Shown: positions 50,175 to 62,350, numbered from the stretch's first letter. The stretch: DNA of 64,000 nucleotides from Octopus sinensis (GCF_006345805.1 NC_043024.1:9858001-9922000), one strand, 5' to 3'. Notes: generated by a model not told the origin, from the letters alone. Program-made: numbers and translations.

Positions 50175-50700
50175 ACTCCTACGACTGTTATCAGCCAGGT
50201 TTTTCATTGTCCACCACATCGCTTTCGCCAACCCTGAAGGGGAGCTGGGGCAATTGCTTTGTAGGTTGGATTCCAGATCAGCCTTGACTGTCATCAGCCA
50301 GGTTTTCTGTTGTCCACCACATCGCTTTCGCCAACCCTGAAGGGTAGCTGGGGCAATTGCTTCGTAGGTTGGGTTTCAGATCAGCCTTGACTATCATCAG
50401 CCAGGTTTTTCATTGTCCACCACATCGCTTTCGCCAACCCTGAAGGGGATCTGGGGCAATTGCTTTGTAGATGAATTCTCCTGGTTGACGACGGAGTGCA
50501 TGACCCAACCAACGCAGACATCTCGTTGGGATGACTTGTCGGAGGGAGGTGATTTTTGCACTGGTGTCGCACCGAATTGTTGGAGACAAAGTGATGCCAT
50601 CGGACACGAAGGATGCAACGTAGACAGAGGTGATCGAAGGATTCTAGTCGCTTAATATTTTCCGATATTAAGCTGCACCAATCTTTCTTCCCAGTCAAGA
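50175..50700 (-). mobile_element. RTE-clade LINE 3' fragment with a 103-bp segment triplicated
   Basis: KRLESFDHLCLRCILRVRWHHFVSN and RCLRWLGHALRRQP are RTE ORF C-terminal signatures. Repeat units at 50211, 50314 and 50417. Confidence 0.85.
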
Positions 50701-52858
50701 TTATCTTTCTTTGCCTAACCAGAATATATCTATAGACTTCTTAGCCATCACTACAGCATGATGAATGTAAGCAATACTTTATTTATAAAATATCATTTGA
50801 ACAGAGAAGAATAGACTAGCCAGATATGCATGGTTTAGTCCTTGATTAAAATTTAATCAGCAACTGAGTACCCACTTCTACTATCCATGAACATATTGTT
50901 TATAAAACTACAGATGTGATTATTATCATAGTTAAATTGGATAAAACAATTGGCATATAGAATACTTTCTTGACAACTAGTTTGAGTATCAAATTATCAT
51001 TATATTAACTCTTCTGTTTGTAAGAATTTTGTATATACAAATGTATTCTTCAGATACATCTGTAGATATATTCTATAGCATCTGATAGCAATGAAATGAA
51101 ACATTGTTAATGGAACAGTAATTGTGTGTATAGAAAAGAAGTATATTCCCGCACAGGGGAGTTAGTTAGGGGGGTCAAAAATGCACCTGAGTTTTAAAAC
51201 ATGTAGTAGTTTTTAAATTTTGTAACAGATTTATGAAAATACCAAACCGGTTTCCACAATTTTTCAATTTTTCAATGGTAAATAAAAATTTTTAAAGTTA
51301 TGGGGAAATTCAAGTTACAAGGGAAAATTTGGAAATTCCAGTAATAAACTTCAAGTCAATGCCTTTGCTTACTTTATAAGAAACATTTACCAAAATATCA
51401 AATCTTTCTCAATCATCACTAATCACTAATCTTTACTCATTAATCACAAGCACCAACCAAGTCAATTCTATCTGCACATCCTCTCAAATTGCTTCTTAAC
51501 AAACTCAAACAGACTTAACAAAATGGATTCTACACTTATTTTATTTTTTTTGTTTTACTTTGTGTGGCCATGCTGGGACACTCACCTCATTCAAGTATTT
51601 TAGTTAGTTATATTGACTAATCACAAGGATTTATCCAGTAACTGCCTTAAAGACCTTGTAATGAATAAAAGAGCTAGCATAAAGGGGTATAACTCATACA
51701 ACCAAACACCACAAGGTATTTTTGTGCAACACACTGAATGTTTTCATCCATACAAGCAATTAACAGAGACAGAAAATGCAAAATCCAATTATATATTTAG
51801 AGATCAATAAAAAAAAGTACCAAAACCAATATGGTAAACCAAATTCCTTGAAGACTGTACCCTGGTACGATGACTGTTGCAGTTCAATATTTGAGATCAA
51901 TAAAAAAAAATCTAAGTCAAGGAATTGATTGATTTTCTTTTCAAAGGTTTCTGGATTCTCGACTAAACAGCTTTGAATATAACAACTTCTGTTTCTGTTC
52001 TGTGTGTGTCTCTTTTATACACTTTTCAAACAGTTTTTGCTCGGGTCCTTCCAAAACTGACCCTTTCTCCTCACTCCTTTCTCTTTTACCTTCCCCTTCC
52101 CTCAACACTTCCTTAAGTCTTCTCTCTCTCTCTCTTGCCTTCTCTTCCCTCTACTCCCACTTTCTTCTCCTGCCACAACCTTCCTGTCACCTACCTGCTT
52201 CAACCCCCCCTCTCCCCCCCCACACACCACTTCCCACTACTCCTCCCTTCTCCCCTTCCTCCTTCTCTTTCAGCTTTCCCTCTCACTTCTCTTTCTCTTC
52301 TTCCCACCATCAATACCTCATCTTCCTCCTCCTCACCACCAGCAGCAGCACTTCCTCCTCCCCTCCTTCCACATCATTCTCCTCCTCCACCTACACCATC
52401 ATTCTCCTCCCACATCCTCACCCTCATTCTCCTATACCTCCTCTTACACTCTACCCTCCTCCTACACTCGCCTCTTCCTCCTCCTCCCACATCCCACTCT
52501 CCCACACCCTCTTCCCACTTCCACACCCTCCCATTTCCCACGTCTCTTCCCACTTCTACATCCTCCTATCTCCCACATCTCTTCCCACAATCCTCTCCCC
52601 ACAATCCTCTTCCCACGACCCACATCCTCTTCCTCCTGCTTGCCACATGCTCCTCCTCCAACCTCCCACATGCTCCTCCTCCAACCTCCACATCCTCCTC
52701 CTCTCACCTCCCACATCCTCCTCCTCCAACCTCCCACATCCTCCTCCTCTCACCCACCACATCCTCCACCTCCCACCTCCTCCACCTCCTCCTCCTCCCA
52801 CCTCCCACCACCTCCTCCTCCTCTCTCACCAAACTAGTAATTGTTATATTTTCAGCAG

Positions 52859-52882
52859 GAGTATTCTATGAAAGATGTCCAA
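52859..52882 (+). CDS. 24-nt microexon B (GVFYERCP in phase 1, or EYSMKDVQ in phase 0); 27 nt with the NAGNAG acceptor
   Basis: ttatattttcagcag acceptor, CAA|gtgagt donor, 20/24 nt identical to microexon A. Confidence 0.6.
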
Positions 52883-53261
52883 GTGAGTAAACAACACCAA
52901 TTCCTATTTTGTCAGTGTGTTCTCTTCCTGCTGTTGCTGCTGCTGCTGCTGTCTATGTTACTAATATTGCCACCATGGGCCACCCCACACTCTCATGGGG
53001 TTGTGGATTGTGTTGGCAGCATGGGCGCCAGCCAAAAAAGGGGAAGAGCAGAATAGGGAAAATATTAATAATTCCTGTCTTTCCTGCCACTAAGGAGTCC
53101 GGTGGGAGTGGCGTGGTGGGGCAGAAGGGTTATTGATTGCTGCTGTTGTTGTTGTTGTTGTTGTTGTTGTCGTGGTTACTAATATTACCACCATGGGACT
53201 GGGTTACTAATTGGAGGAGGAGAGCGAGATAGAGATGGTCGTGATACTTAAGGAATTTTAA

Positions 53262-53740
53262 CAAATGAAGATGATGACAATGATGATGATGACAATGATG
53301 ATGATGATGGTGACGATGATGATGATGATGATGACGACGACGATGATGATGATGACGACGACGATGATGATGATGACGACGACGATGATGACGATGATGA
53401 TGACGATGATGATGACGATGATGATGACGATGACGATGATGATGATGACGACGATGATGATGATGACGACGATGACGATGATGATGACGACGACGACGAT
53501 GATGACAATGATGATGATGACGATGACGACGACGACGATGATGACGATGATGATGACGATGATGACAATGATGATGATGACGATGATGATGACGACGACG
53601 ATGATGATGACGATGATGATGATGGCGACGACAACGATGATGACGATGATGACGACAATGATGATGATGTCGATGATGATGACGATGATGATGATGATGG
53701 ATAAGATCGCTGCTGCTGCTGCTGATGATGATGATAATAA
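53262..53740. repeat. (GAT/GAC)n microsatellite
   Basis: Direct reading. Confidence 0.95.
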
Positions 53741-54324
53741 GGGTGCCTCAGCAAATGTTGTTATTGACCGAAAGTAAAGTCCTTCCCGGTGATTCTTAGG
53801 CAAGTCTCTCTACTGATGCTGAATATGTCTACGATGACAGCAACGATAAAGATGATGACAATAGTGATGACGATAGCCAACATCATCATCATCAACATCA
53901 TCTTCAGAGATGAAGACTCTCCTGATGCTGACGACCAACATTTCCTATTCATCACTCCTCCACCCCACACCCGACTACCCTTCCTTGCTATGTCAGAATG
54001 GGATCCCTTGCAGATTGGGTTGCAAATTTCTGCCAAATGACCCCTCCTCCTCCACATACTGACCCCATAGGATAAGACCATTATTATTTAAAATAACGAC
54101 CCTTTCAAGTGGCCAGCATGGAAAAAAAACTCCTTATAGATAATTATTATTATAGATGTGTAAAAATATAATTATAATTCTAATTAAGGGTCCTGAAGAG
54201 GTGCCACCATGCCAGAATACATGATGTGGTTTTAGAGTCAGTTTTGACTGCTATTTTTAGCATGGTGGTACCACTTTGGTACCCTTGAATATAATTATAA
54301 TCATATATATATATATAAATATAT

Positions 54325-54510
54325 ATACCGGAGTAAACACATTAATGTGAAACAAGGTGGAAAAAAGAGTACTCAAATACCAGGGGTAGAGTAATGTGCT
54401 TTATTTAAAAGCAGCAGAAATTTAACAAAACTGTCCGATGAACAGAAACGTGAAACTCCGAGTAACAGCTTTTGTTAAATTTCTGCTGCTTTTAAATAAA
54501 GTATAAATAT
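54325..54510. mobile_element. Penelope-like inverted-repeat element
   Basis: Paralog of 20125-20330. Confidence 0.55.
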
Positions 54511-54570
54511 ATATATATATATATAGATAGATAGATAGATAGATATATATACATCAGTGCTATTCTGTTT

Positions 54571-54792
54571 AAGTGTCGTATGTCCAAATTTGGCCAAATG
54601 CATTTTTTTTCTTCAATATTTATTTTTGCCTTGCAATAGCCGCTTCTTTTGGTCAAATTATCGTATCTCCAGCTGCTTTAGATTCCAATATATCAAAAAT
54701 TGTCAAAGTGTAATACCATGGTTTTGCTATGGAATAGTGAAACTAATTTTTCCTTTTCTGAAAAAGCAACTTTTTGGACATACGACGCTTTT
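54571..54792. mobile_element. Short TIR element (MITE)
   Basis: AAGTGTCGTATGTCCAAA ... TTTGGACATACGACGCTT. Confidence 0.55.
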
Positions 54793-54797
54793 GCATA

Positions 54798-54830
<33 letters not shown>

Positions 54831-55414
54831 TTATGTATGTATATATTATCCGAAATGTACAGTGTTATATATCCATTGTGGCCAGTCTTACCAGTTGGTT
54901 TCAAAGGAGTGTTAGGTAACAATCCGATTATGTAACACTACACTCATCAGAGATAGCCATTATGGAACGAGATGTGTGTGTGTACGTTTAAGCACATATT
55001 TGTTTATATATACATACACACACATTCACTAGTAATGGACTTAATGTCTCTGCTTACTGATTTGAACACATGACATTGTTAACAGGAGCTGACTACCCTA
55101 ACCACTTCACCACATACCTACACACACACACACACACACAAACACACAAATAGTTTCTATCTACCAAATCCACTCACAAGGCTTTGGTTGTCCCAGTGCT
55201 ATAGTAGAAGACACTTACCCAAGGTGCCACGCAGTAGGACTGAACCCAAGGACACACGGTTGGGAAGAAAGCTTCTTAACCACAAGAGTATATATATATA
55301 TGTGTGTGTGTGTGTATATATATGTGTATATGTAAATGTATATATATATATGTGTGTGTGTATGTATGTATATATATATCTATGTTTACATATATATATA
55401 TATATATATTTATA

Positions 55415-55615
55415 CCGGAGTAAACACATAAATGTGAAACAAGGTGGAAAAAAGAGTACTCAAATACCAGTGGTAGAGTAATATGCTTTATTTAAAGCAG
55501 CAGAAAATTCAACAAAACCTGTTACTCTGAGTTTCCCGTTGCCGTCCATTGGCAACGGGAAACTCAGAGTAACAGGTTTTGTTGAATTTTCTGCTGCTTT
55601 AAATAAAGTATATAT
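55415..55615. mobile_element. Penelope-like element with a long perfect hairpin
   Basis: TTTATTTAAAGCAGCAG...CCCGTTGCC-GTCCATT-GGCAACGGG...CTGCTGCTTTAAATAAA. Confidence 0.55.
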
Positions 55616-56049
55616 ATTTATATACGTAAATATCATCACCATCATTATTTATTGTCCATCTTTGATGCTGGTGTATGATGAATGGTCCAACAGGCGATGG
55701 TCATCCAGAAGACTGTGCCAAGTTCTTCATTTTAAGCTCTGGCATGGTTCCTACGACTGGATGCCTTTCCTGACACCAACCATTCTACAGAGTGCAACGG
55801 GTGCTTTTTACATTCCACCAACACTAGTGATACGTCATTCCAAAAAATATTCATAACATTTTTCTTTGGTTTTCTGTTATTAATCCCATTCATGTGTAAT
55901 GAAATTATGAATAACTCATTTGCAACTTGCTCAAACATTTTGTATGGAGTTTATAAAATATGTTTTTTAAAAGTTTGTCGTACACCTAGTGATATCTTTT
56001 AGCCAACCAAAGCACCCTTTAGGTACACGAAGATACCCCTTATAGCACA

Positions 56050-56260
56050 CTGGCAGAAACGTTAGCACGACGGGTATTTCGTCTGCCATTACGTTCTGAG
56101 TTCAAATTTCACTGAGGTCGACTTTGCCTTTCATCCTTTCGGGGTCGATAAATTAAGTACCAGTTACACACTGGGGTCGATATGATCGACTTAATCCGTT
56201 TGTCTGTCCTTGTTCGTCCCCTCTGTGTTTAGCCCCTTGTGGGTAGTAAAGAAATAGGTA
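56050..56260 (+). mobile_element. SINE family B
   Basis: Shared motifs. Confidence 0.85.
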
Positions 56261-56269
56261 CCTCTTATG

Positions 56270-57290
56270 GCACACCAAGGTACCTCTTATAGAATATAGT
56301 GACACTTCTTGTGGTACACCTAGGAACACCATGTGGCACATTGAGAGACTCCTCGTAGAACACAGATACTCCTTATGGCACGCATAGATATCCCTTGAGG
56401 CACATTTAGATACCTTTTGTGGCACATTGAGATACCCTTTGGAGTACACTAAGAAAGATCTTGAAGTACTCCTTTGGGGCACTCTCAAAAAGATCTTGGG
56501 GTACACCTAAAGACTCCTTGCGGCACGCCTAGATATCCCTTGAGGCACATTTAGATACTTTTTGTGACACATTGAGATACCCTTTTGAGTACACCAAGAA
56601 AGATCTTAAAGTTCACCTTTGGGCCACTCTCAAAAAGATCTTGGGGTACATCTAAAGACTCCTTGCGGCACGCCTAGATATCCCTTGAGGCACATTTAGA
56701 TCATTTTTGTGATACATTGAGAAACCCTTTTGAGTACACTAAGAAAGATCTTGAAGTACACCTTTGGGGCACTCTCGAAACGATCTTGGGGTACACCTAA
56801 AGACTCCTTGCGGCACGCCTAGATATCCCTTGAGGCACATTTAGATCCTGTTTGTGGCACATTGAGAAACCCTTTGGAGTACACCAAGAAAGATCTTGAA
56901 GTTCACCTTTGGGGCACTCTCAAAAAGATCTTGGGGTACACCTAAAGACTCCTTGCGGCACGCCTAGATATTCCTTGAGGCACATTTAGATACTGTTTGT
57001 GGCACATTGAGAAACCCTTTGGAGTACACCAAGAAAGATCTTGAAGTACACCTTTGAGGCACTCTCGTAAAGATCTTGGGGTACACCTAAAGACTCCTTG
57101 CGGCACACCTAGATATCCCTTGAGGCACATTTAGATCCTGTTTGTGGCACATTGAGAAACCCTTTGGAGTACACCAAGAAAGATCTTGAAGTACACCTTT
57201 GGGCAACTCTCGAAAAGATCTTGGGGTACATCTAAAGACTCCTTGCGGCACTCCTAGAGACTCCACATGGCACACCATTAGAGAACCACT
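56270..57290. repeat. 145-bp minisatellite, about 6 copies, built from ~21-bp subunits
   Basis: CA(C/T)CTAAAGACTCC at 56504, 56649, 56794, 56939, 57084 and 57229. Confidence 0.92.
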
Positions 57291-57525
57291 GATTTGCAGT
57301 TTTGTTTTGGTTTTGTATATGTTTCCTCTCGCATTTCCAACCATATTGATGCTGTTGTTGCTGTTGTTGTTGTGGTTGTTGTTATAACTATGGATGCTGT
57401 TGTTGTTGTTGTTGTCTGTATGATTTTTGCCCTCACAGCTGTTTTATCTGCCGTTGCTTCTATTGATGTTTGCATTAGTTTTGTCTGCTGCTGTTGTTGT
57501 TGTTGCTGTTCTTGTTTGATTCCAG

Positions 57526-57584
57526 CTTTCATGAGCCCGACCAATGGGTCAAAGACTTCCAGCCTTGACCATTCCGTCTTTTGA
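57526..57584 (+). CDS. Candidate alternative terminal exon, xFMSPTNGSKTSSLDHSVF*
   Basis: Acceptor gctgttcttgtttgattccag. The phase-1 frame ends in S-V-F-stop. Confidence 0.3.
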
Positions 57585-57984
57585 TCATCCTATTTGTAAT
57601 TGCACTACGTTCTGCACCGTATTCTTCTTTATCCAAGATGGTAGAGTATAAGTTGAGGGAGATTTGGCTGCTACTTCCAGCATGTCTAGAATGTGTGTGT
57701 GTGTTTGTGTGTATATTATTTCTCGGTTAACGAACCTACAATTAGTTTCTTGCTGAGAATTCTCAGTAATTATTGAACTTGTCACATTGAGACATCGGTA
57801 TCCATATCCATTTTGAATACCAAAATGGAGATGAGTACCAATTTCCTAATGTGGCAGGTTAGATAATTGCAGAGAATTCCCTGCATGAAACCAATGGTAG
57901 CTTTATTATCTTACAAATAAAGAATATTTATCCAGCAATGTGGTGCTCAGCAATCATTCTCACTGTTTGATATTAGCATGTGTA

Positions 57985-58019
<35 letters not shown>

Positions 58020-58031
58020 ATTTCATTTTAG

Positions 58032-58106
58032 AAGCTCTGGAAAAGCTGCAAGCTGATGCACAAGCTCTCAACTCTGGGTGCACTGCATCTTATAGCAGAA
58101 ACAACT
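58032..58106 (+). CDS. Candidate 75-nt phase 1-1 exon, xALEKLQADAQALNSGCTASYSRNN
   Basis: aatttcattttag acceptor, ACT|gtaagc donor, RNY-rich codons, helical-looking peptide. Confidence 0.55.
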
Positions 58107-58174
58107 GTAAGCTAATGAGGTTCATTACATAATTTTTTGTTCTCTTGTCATTTAGGTAATTTCTGAATCATATT

Positions 58175-58565
58175 CTTCTATTTGTTTCAGTCATTTGACT
58201 GCGGCCATGCTGGAGCACTGCCTTTAGTCAAGCAAATCGACCCCAGAGCTTATTCTTTGTTTTGTAAGCCTAGTACTTATTCTATCAGTCTCTTTTGCTG
58301 AACCGCTAAGTTACGGGGACGTAAACACACCAGCATCGGTTGTCAAGCGATGCTAGGGGGACAAACACAGACACACAAACATATACACACACATACATAT
58401 ATATATATATATACATATATACGATGAGCTTCTTTCAGTTTCCGTCTACCAAATCTACTCACAAGGCTTTGGTCAGCCCGAGGCTATCGTAGAAGACACT
58501 TGCCCAAGGTGCCACGCAGTGGGACTGAACCCGGAACCATGTGGCTGGTAAGCAAGCTAATTACC
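58175..58565 (-). mobile_element. SINE family A
   Basis: Full length. Confidence 0.9.
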
Positions 58566-58699
58566 ACACGGCCACTCCAGTACCTATGTATATTGAGTTC
58601 TGACATCAGGTTATCAGTATTACTATATCTACGCAAAACTCGAAAAACACATGTGTATATATGCATGTGAATATATATATATATATATAAATATATATA

Positions 58700-58807
58700 T
58701 TAAGGGCATTACTATACATGAATGCCTCACGCTAGGAGGGACTCTTAAGGTTTTTGACTTTAAGAGTCCCTCCTAGTGTGAGGCATTTATGTATAGTAAT
58801 GCCCTTA

Positions 58808-58808
<1 letters not shown>
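58700..58808. repeat. About 49-bp-arm hairpin (foldback MITE-like) in a TA microsatellite
   Basis: TTAAGGGCATTACTATAC...GGGACTCTTAA / TTAAGAGTCCC...GTATAGTAATGCCCTTAA. Confidence 0.85.
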
Positions 58809-58838
<30 letters not shown>

Positions 58839-58980
58839 ATATATATGCAACAGCAAAATATATATATATATGTATATATATATATATTTATAAGGATAAT
58901 TAATAAATTTTTCCCTTATGAAATTTTTCACGCTAACTACTTGATAAATTCTTCTAAAGATTTTATCGTATATTTAAATG

Positions 58981-59017
<37 letters not shown>

Positions 59018-59186
59018 CATACACACATGTGTATGTGTGATGTTGAAGTCCTACTTTAACCAATCCTTCCTGATATTTCGGTGCCGCCACAGAAGCCAGT
59101 CAAACAATGTCAGATAAGGTCAAACGAGGTCAAACTTGTTTCCACCTCTTTATTTTTTTTGTGGTTCCTATGTTTGGCTAATGCAG

Positions 59187-59240
59187 GAAGGAATGACAAA
59201 CGCTAGTCTTCGTCATCATACGCTGACAATGACTAAATAA
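59187..59240 (+). other. Candidate terminal exon start
   Basis: Acceptor ttttttttgtggttcctatgtttggctaatgcag with CTAAT branch. Joined to 58106 it creates a split T|GA stop. Confidence 0.3.
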
Positions 59241-59539
59241 TAATGACAATAGCCACTTCCTAGACTAATGTGAAAGATCTAGGTTGGTGCAGCGATTATA
59301 GTTATTGTGTAATTCTAGTTTAGCTGTTATTTAACCCTGGGATATCCCTGGGTGAGTAGATCTGTGATCAAAGGCATTGAAGCCGTGTTTATTCCATCTT
59401 TAGTATATCTTGGACTTCGTTTTCTAACATGACAGTCTTTTTGGCATAAAGTAGAGATTTAGCTGTTATTTCTAGCGGGCCTGGTAGCCATGTAGATACT
59501 CCCTCATGGAGTTAGTATCGAGTTTAGCAAAATGTGTCT

Positions 59540-59726
59540 TTACTCCTTTATTTGTTTCAGTCATTTGACTGCGGCCATGCTGGAGCACCGCTTTCAGTTG
59601 AACTAATCAACCCCAGGACTTATTCTTTGTAAGCCTAGTACTTATTATATCGGTCTCTTTTGCTGAAATGCTAAGTTACAGGGACGTAAACACACCAACA
59701 TCGGTTGTCAAGCAATGTTGGGGGGA

Positions 59727-59784
<58 letters not shown>

Positions 59785-60172
59785 CTCTTTTACTTGTTTC
59801 AGTCATTTGACTGTGGCCATGCTGGAGCACCGCCTTTAGTCGAGCAAATCGACCCCGGGACTTATTCTTTGTAAGCCCAGTACCTATTTTATCGGTCTCT
59901 TTTGCCGAACCACTAAGTTACGGGGACGTAAACACACCAGCATCGGTTGTCAAGCAATGCTAGGGGGACAAACACAGACACACAAACACATACACACACA
60001 CATATATATACATATATGACAGGCTTCTTTCAGTTTCCATCTACCAAATCCACTCACAAGGCATTGGTCGGCCCAGGGCTTTAGCAAAAGACACTTGCCC
60101 AAGATGCCACGCAGTGGGACTGAACCCAGAACCATGTGGTTGGTTAGCAAGCTACTTACCACACAGCCACTC
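59540..60172 (-). mobile_element. SINE family A with duplicated tail
   Basis: Shared motifs. Confidence 0.9.
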
Positions 60173-60365
60173 CAAATATAAATTAGAGTAAAACCAATTA
60201 TGCTAATGGTATGGATGTCTGTGGAGTACTCAGCCACTTAGACAGTTTAACCCTTTAGCAATTAAATCAGCCATACCAAGCCCAAATATTCTACCTGAAT
60301 GAGAATAAATAACTTTTACACTTGACCGAGAAACAGTATTCAAAATATTTTAACAATTTTGTTTC

Positions 60366-60990
60366 TGGAGTAAAGATTATTTGCCAATATAACATGGCAG
60401 TCCTGGTTTAGGACGAATGTTGCTGTAATTTAGCCCCAGGAGACATCATCTCCAGCTAGCCATACAGACACAGATCACGTTGTATAGCCAGCTGGAGAGG
60501 ATGTCTCCTGGGGCTAAATTACAGCAACATTCGTCCTAAACCAGGACTGCCTCGTTATGTTGGCAAACAATCTTTACTCCAAAGTACTGTTGCTGAATAT
60601 CTCTCGTTGTGAGATTTTAAAATAGTAATTTTCTAATTTATAAATCAGTGACTAGTTGTCACTTTGAAAACTATACATTTCGAACAGGGAATTTGGTAGC
60701 GCCATCTCTAGCCGAGCAGTTATTCTGTGCTGATGAAGGGAAATAACCCAGGAATCACGATACACAGATATTGTTTTGAGCTGAGTGGGGGTGCCAGATT
60801 CCCTTGTTCGAAAATATAAGGACACAGATCGTGTCGTATAGCCCACTGGAGAGTACGTCTTCAGGGGCTAAATTACTGCAACATTCATCCTAAACCAGGA
60901 CTGCCATGTTATGTTGGCAAATAATCTTTACTCCAAAGTACTGTTGCTGAATATCTCTCATTGTGAGATTTCAAAAATAGTAATTTTCTA
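60366..60990. mobile_element. Foldback MITE (60366-60581, about 95-bp arms) plus a direct duplicate of its right half (60820-60990)
   Basis: TGGAGTAAAGATT...AATCTTTACTCCA. A degenerate paralog lies at 22300-22425. Confidence 0.8.
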
Positions 60991-61849
60991 ATTCTTTTTT
61001 TAAATACAATCCTTAATAATTTTTGATTCTGAAAATATAATAGGGTTCTTAAAATATCAAATGGCTAGGAGGGTCCAGTAGAATAAAACCGGGATCGAAG
61101 GGCTCCAGTGGTGAAAATGGTTGGGAAACTCTAAGTTACAGGAATCCATGGTTTGAAGTTTCTTTCTCTTGAACTTTCAGCATTCTCAAAGACTTGGGAA
61201 CCAGTCGTGGGTGCTGCCCTTCAATTTCCGATGAAGCAATTAACAAAAACAAAAACCTCTGCTTTAATCTTAGGTCCCACAAGTTGGTCATGGTTGGAAT
61301 GTCATTGATTATAGATATCCTTGATCAGAGTTATCATCATCATCATCAACAACAACTCTTGAACAATACTGTCTCGAGTTCTACAACTCATTGGGCTGAT
61401 TCCCTGGTTTCTGCTGCATCTAAGGGACCAAGATCACAACATTCCCCCTGGATAGGATGCTAGTCCATCGTAGGGTTACTCATCGACAACTGAGTGGAAT
61501 GGCGCAATGTGAAATTAAGTGTTTTTTTTCTCAAGAACACAACGTACCACCTATTCCAGGAATTGAAACCGCGAGCTTATGGGCATCAGTGTAACACCCT
61601 AACTTCTATGCCACATGCTTTCTTGATTATAATTAATCTTGGATTAAACTTTTTTTTTTAAATTTTACTTTAGATTCACTTTTATATATTTACCTGTCAG
61701 CTTTACTACTTTTTGTCCATTCAAGATTGATAAGATCAAGTACCAGTAAAATACTGGGGGGTCTATTTAATCAACTAGCTCATTCGCCCCAAAGTTGTTG
61801 GCCCTTCACTTAATTTAGAAACCATTATTAATATTATTATTATTATTAA

Positions 61850-62062
61850 GGTAACGAGCTGGCAGAGTCGTTAGCACACCTGGCGAAATGCTTAGCAGTA
61901 TTTTGTCTGCCATTACATTCTGAGTTCAAATTCCACCAAGTTTGACTTTACTTTTTCTCCTTTTGGGGGTCGATAAATTAAGTAGTGGTTGAGTACTGGG
62001 GTGGATGTAATTGATTTGTCCCCTCCCACAAAATTCCAGGTCTTGTGTCTATTTTAGAAACG

Positions 62063-62124
<62 letters not shown>

Positions 62125-62350
62125 CATCATTATTATTATTAAGGCAGCTGGCAGAATCGTTTGCACGCTGGGCAAAATGCTTAGCAGTATTTCACCCGTA
62201 GCTACGTTCTGAGTTCAAATTCCACCAAGTTTGACTTTACTTTTTCTCCTTTTGGGGGTCGATAAATTAAGTAGTGGTTGAGTACTGGGGTGGATGTAAT
62301 TGATTTGTCCCCTCCCACAAAATTCCAGGTCTTGTGTCTATTTTAGAAAC
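61850..62350 (+). mobile_element. Two SINE family B copies separated by (ATT)n
   Basis: Near-identical bodies from 61915 and 62210. Confidence 0.85.

Noticed and set aside
54636-54712. Exon-like ASFGQIIVSPAALDSNISKIVKV
   Set aside because: Lies inside a TIR-bounded element and has a poor donor.
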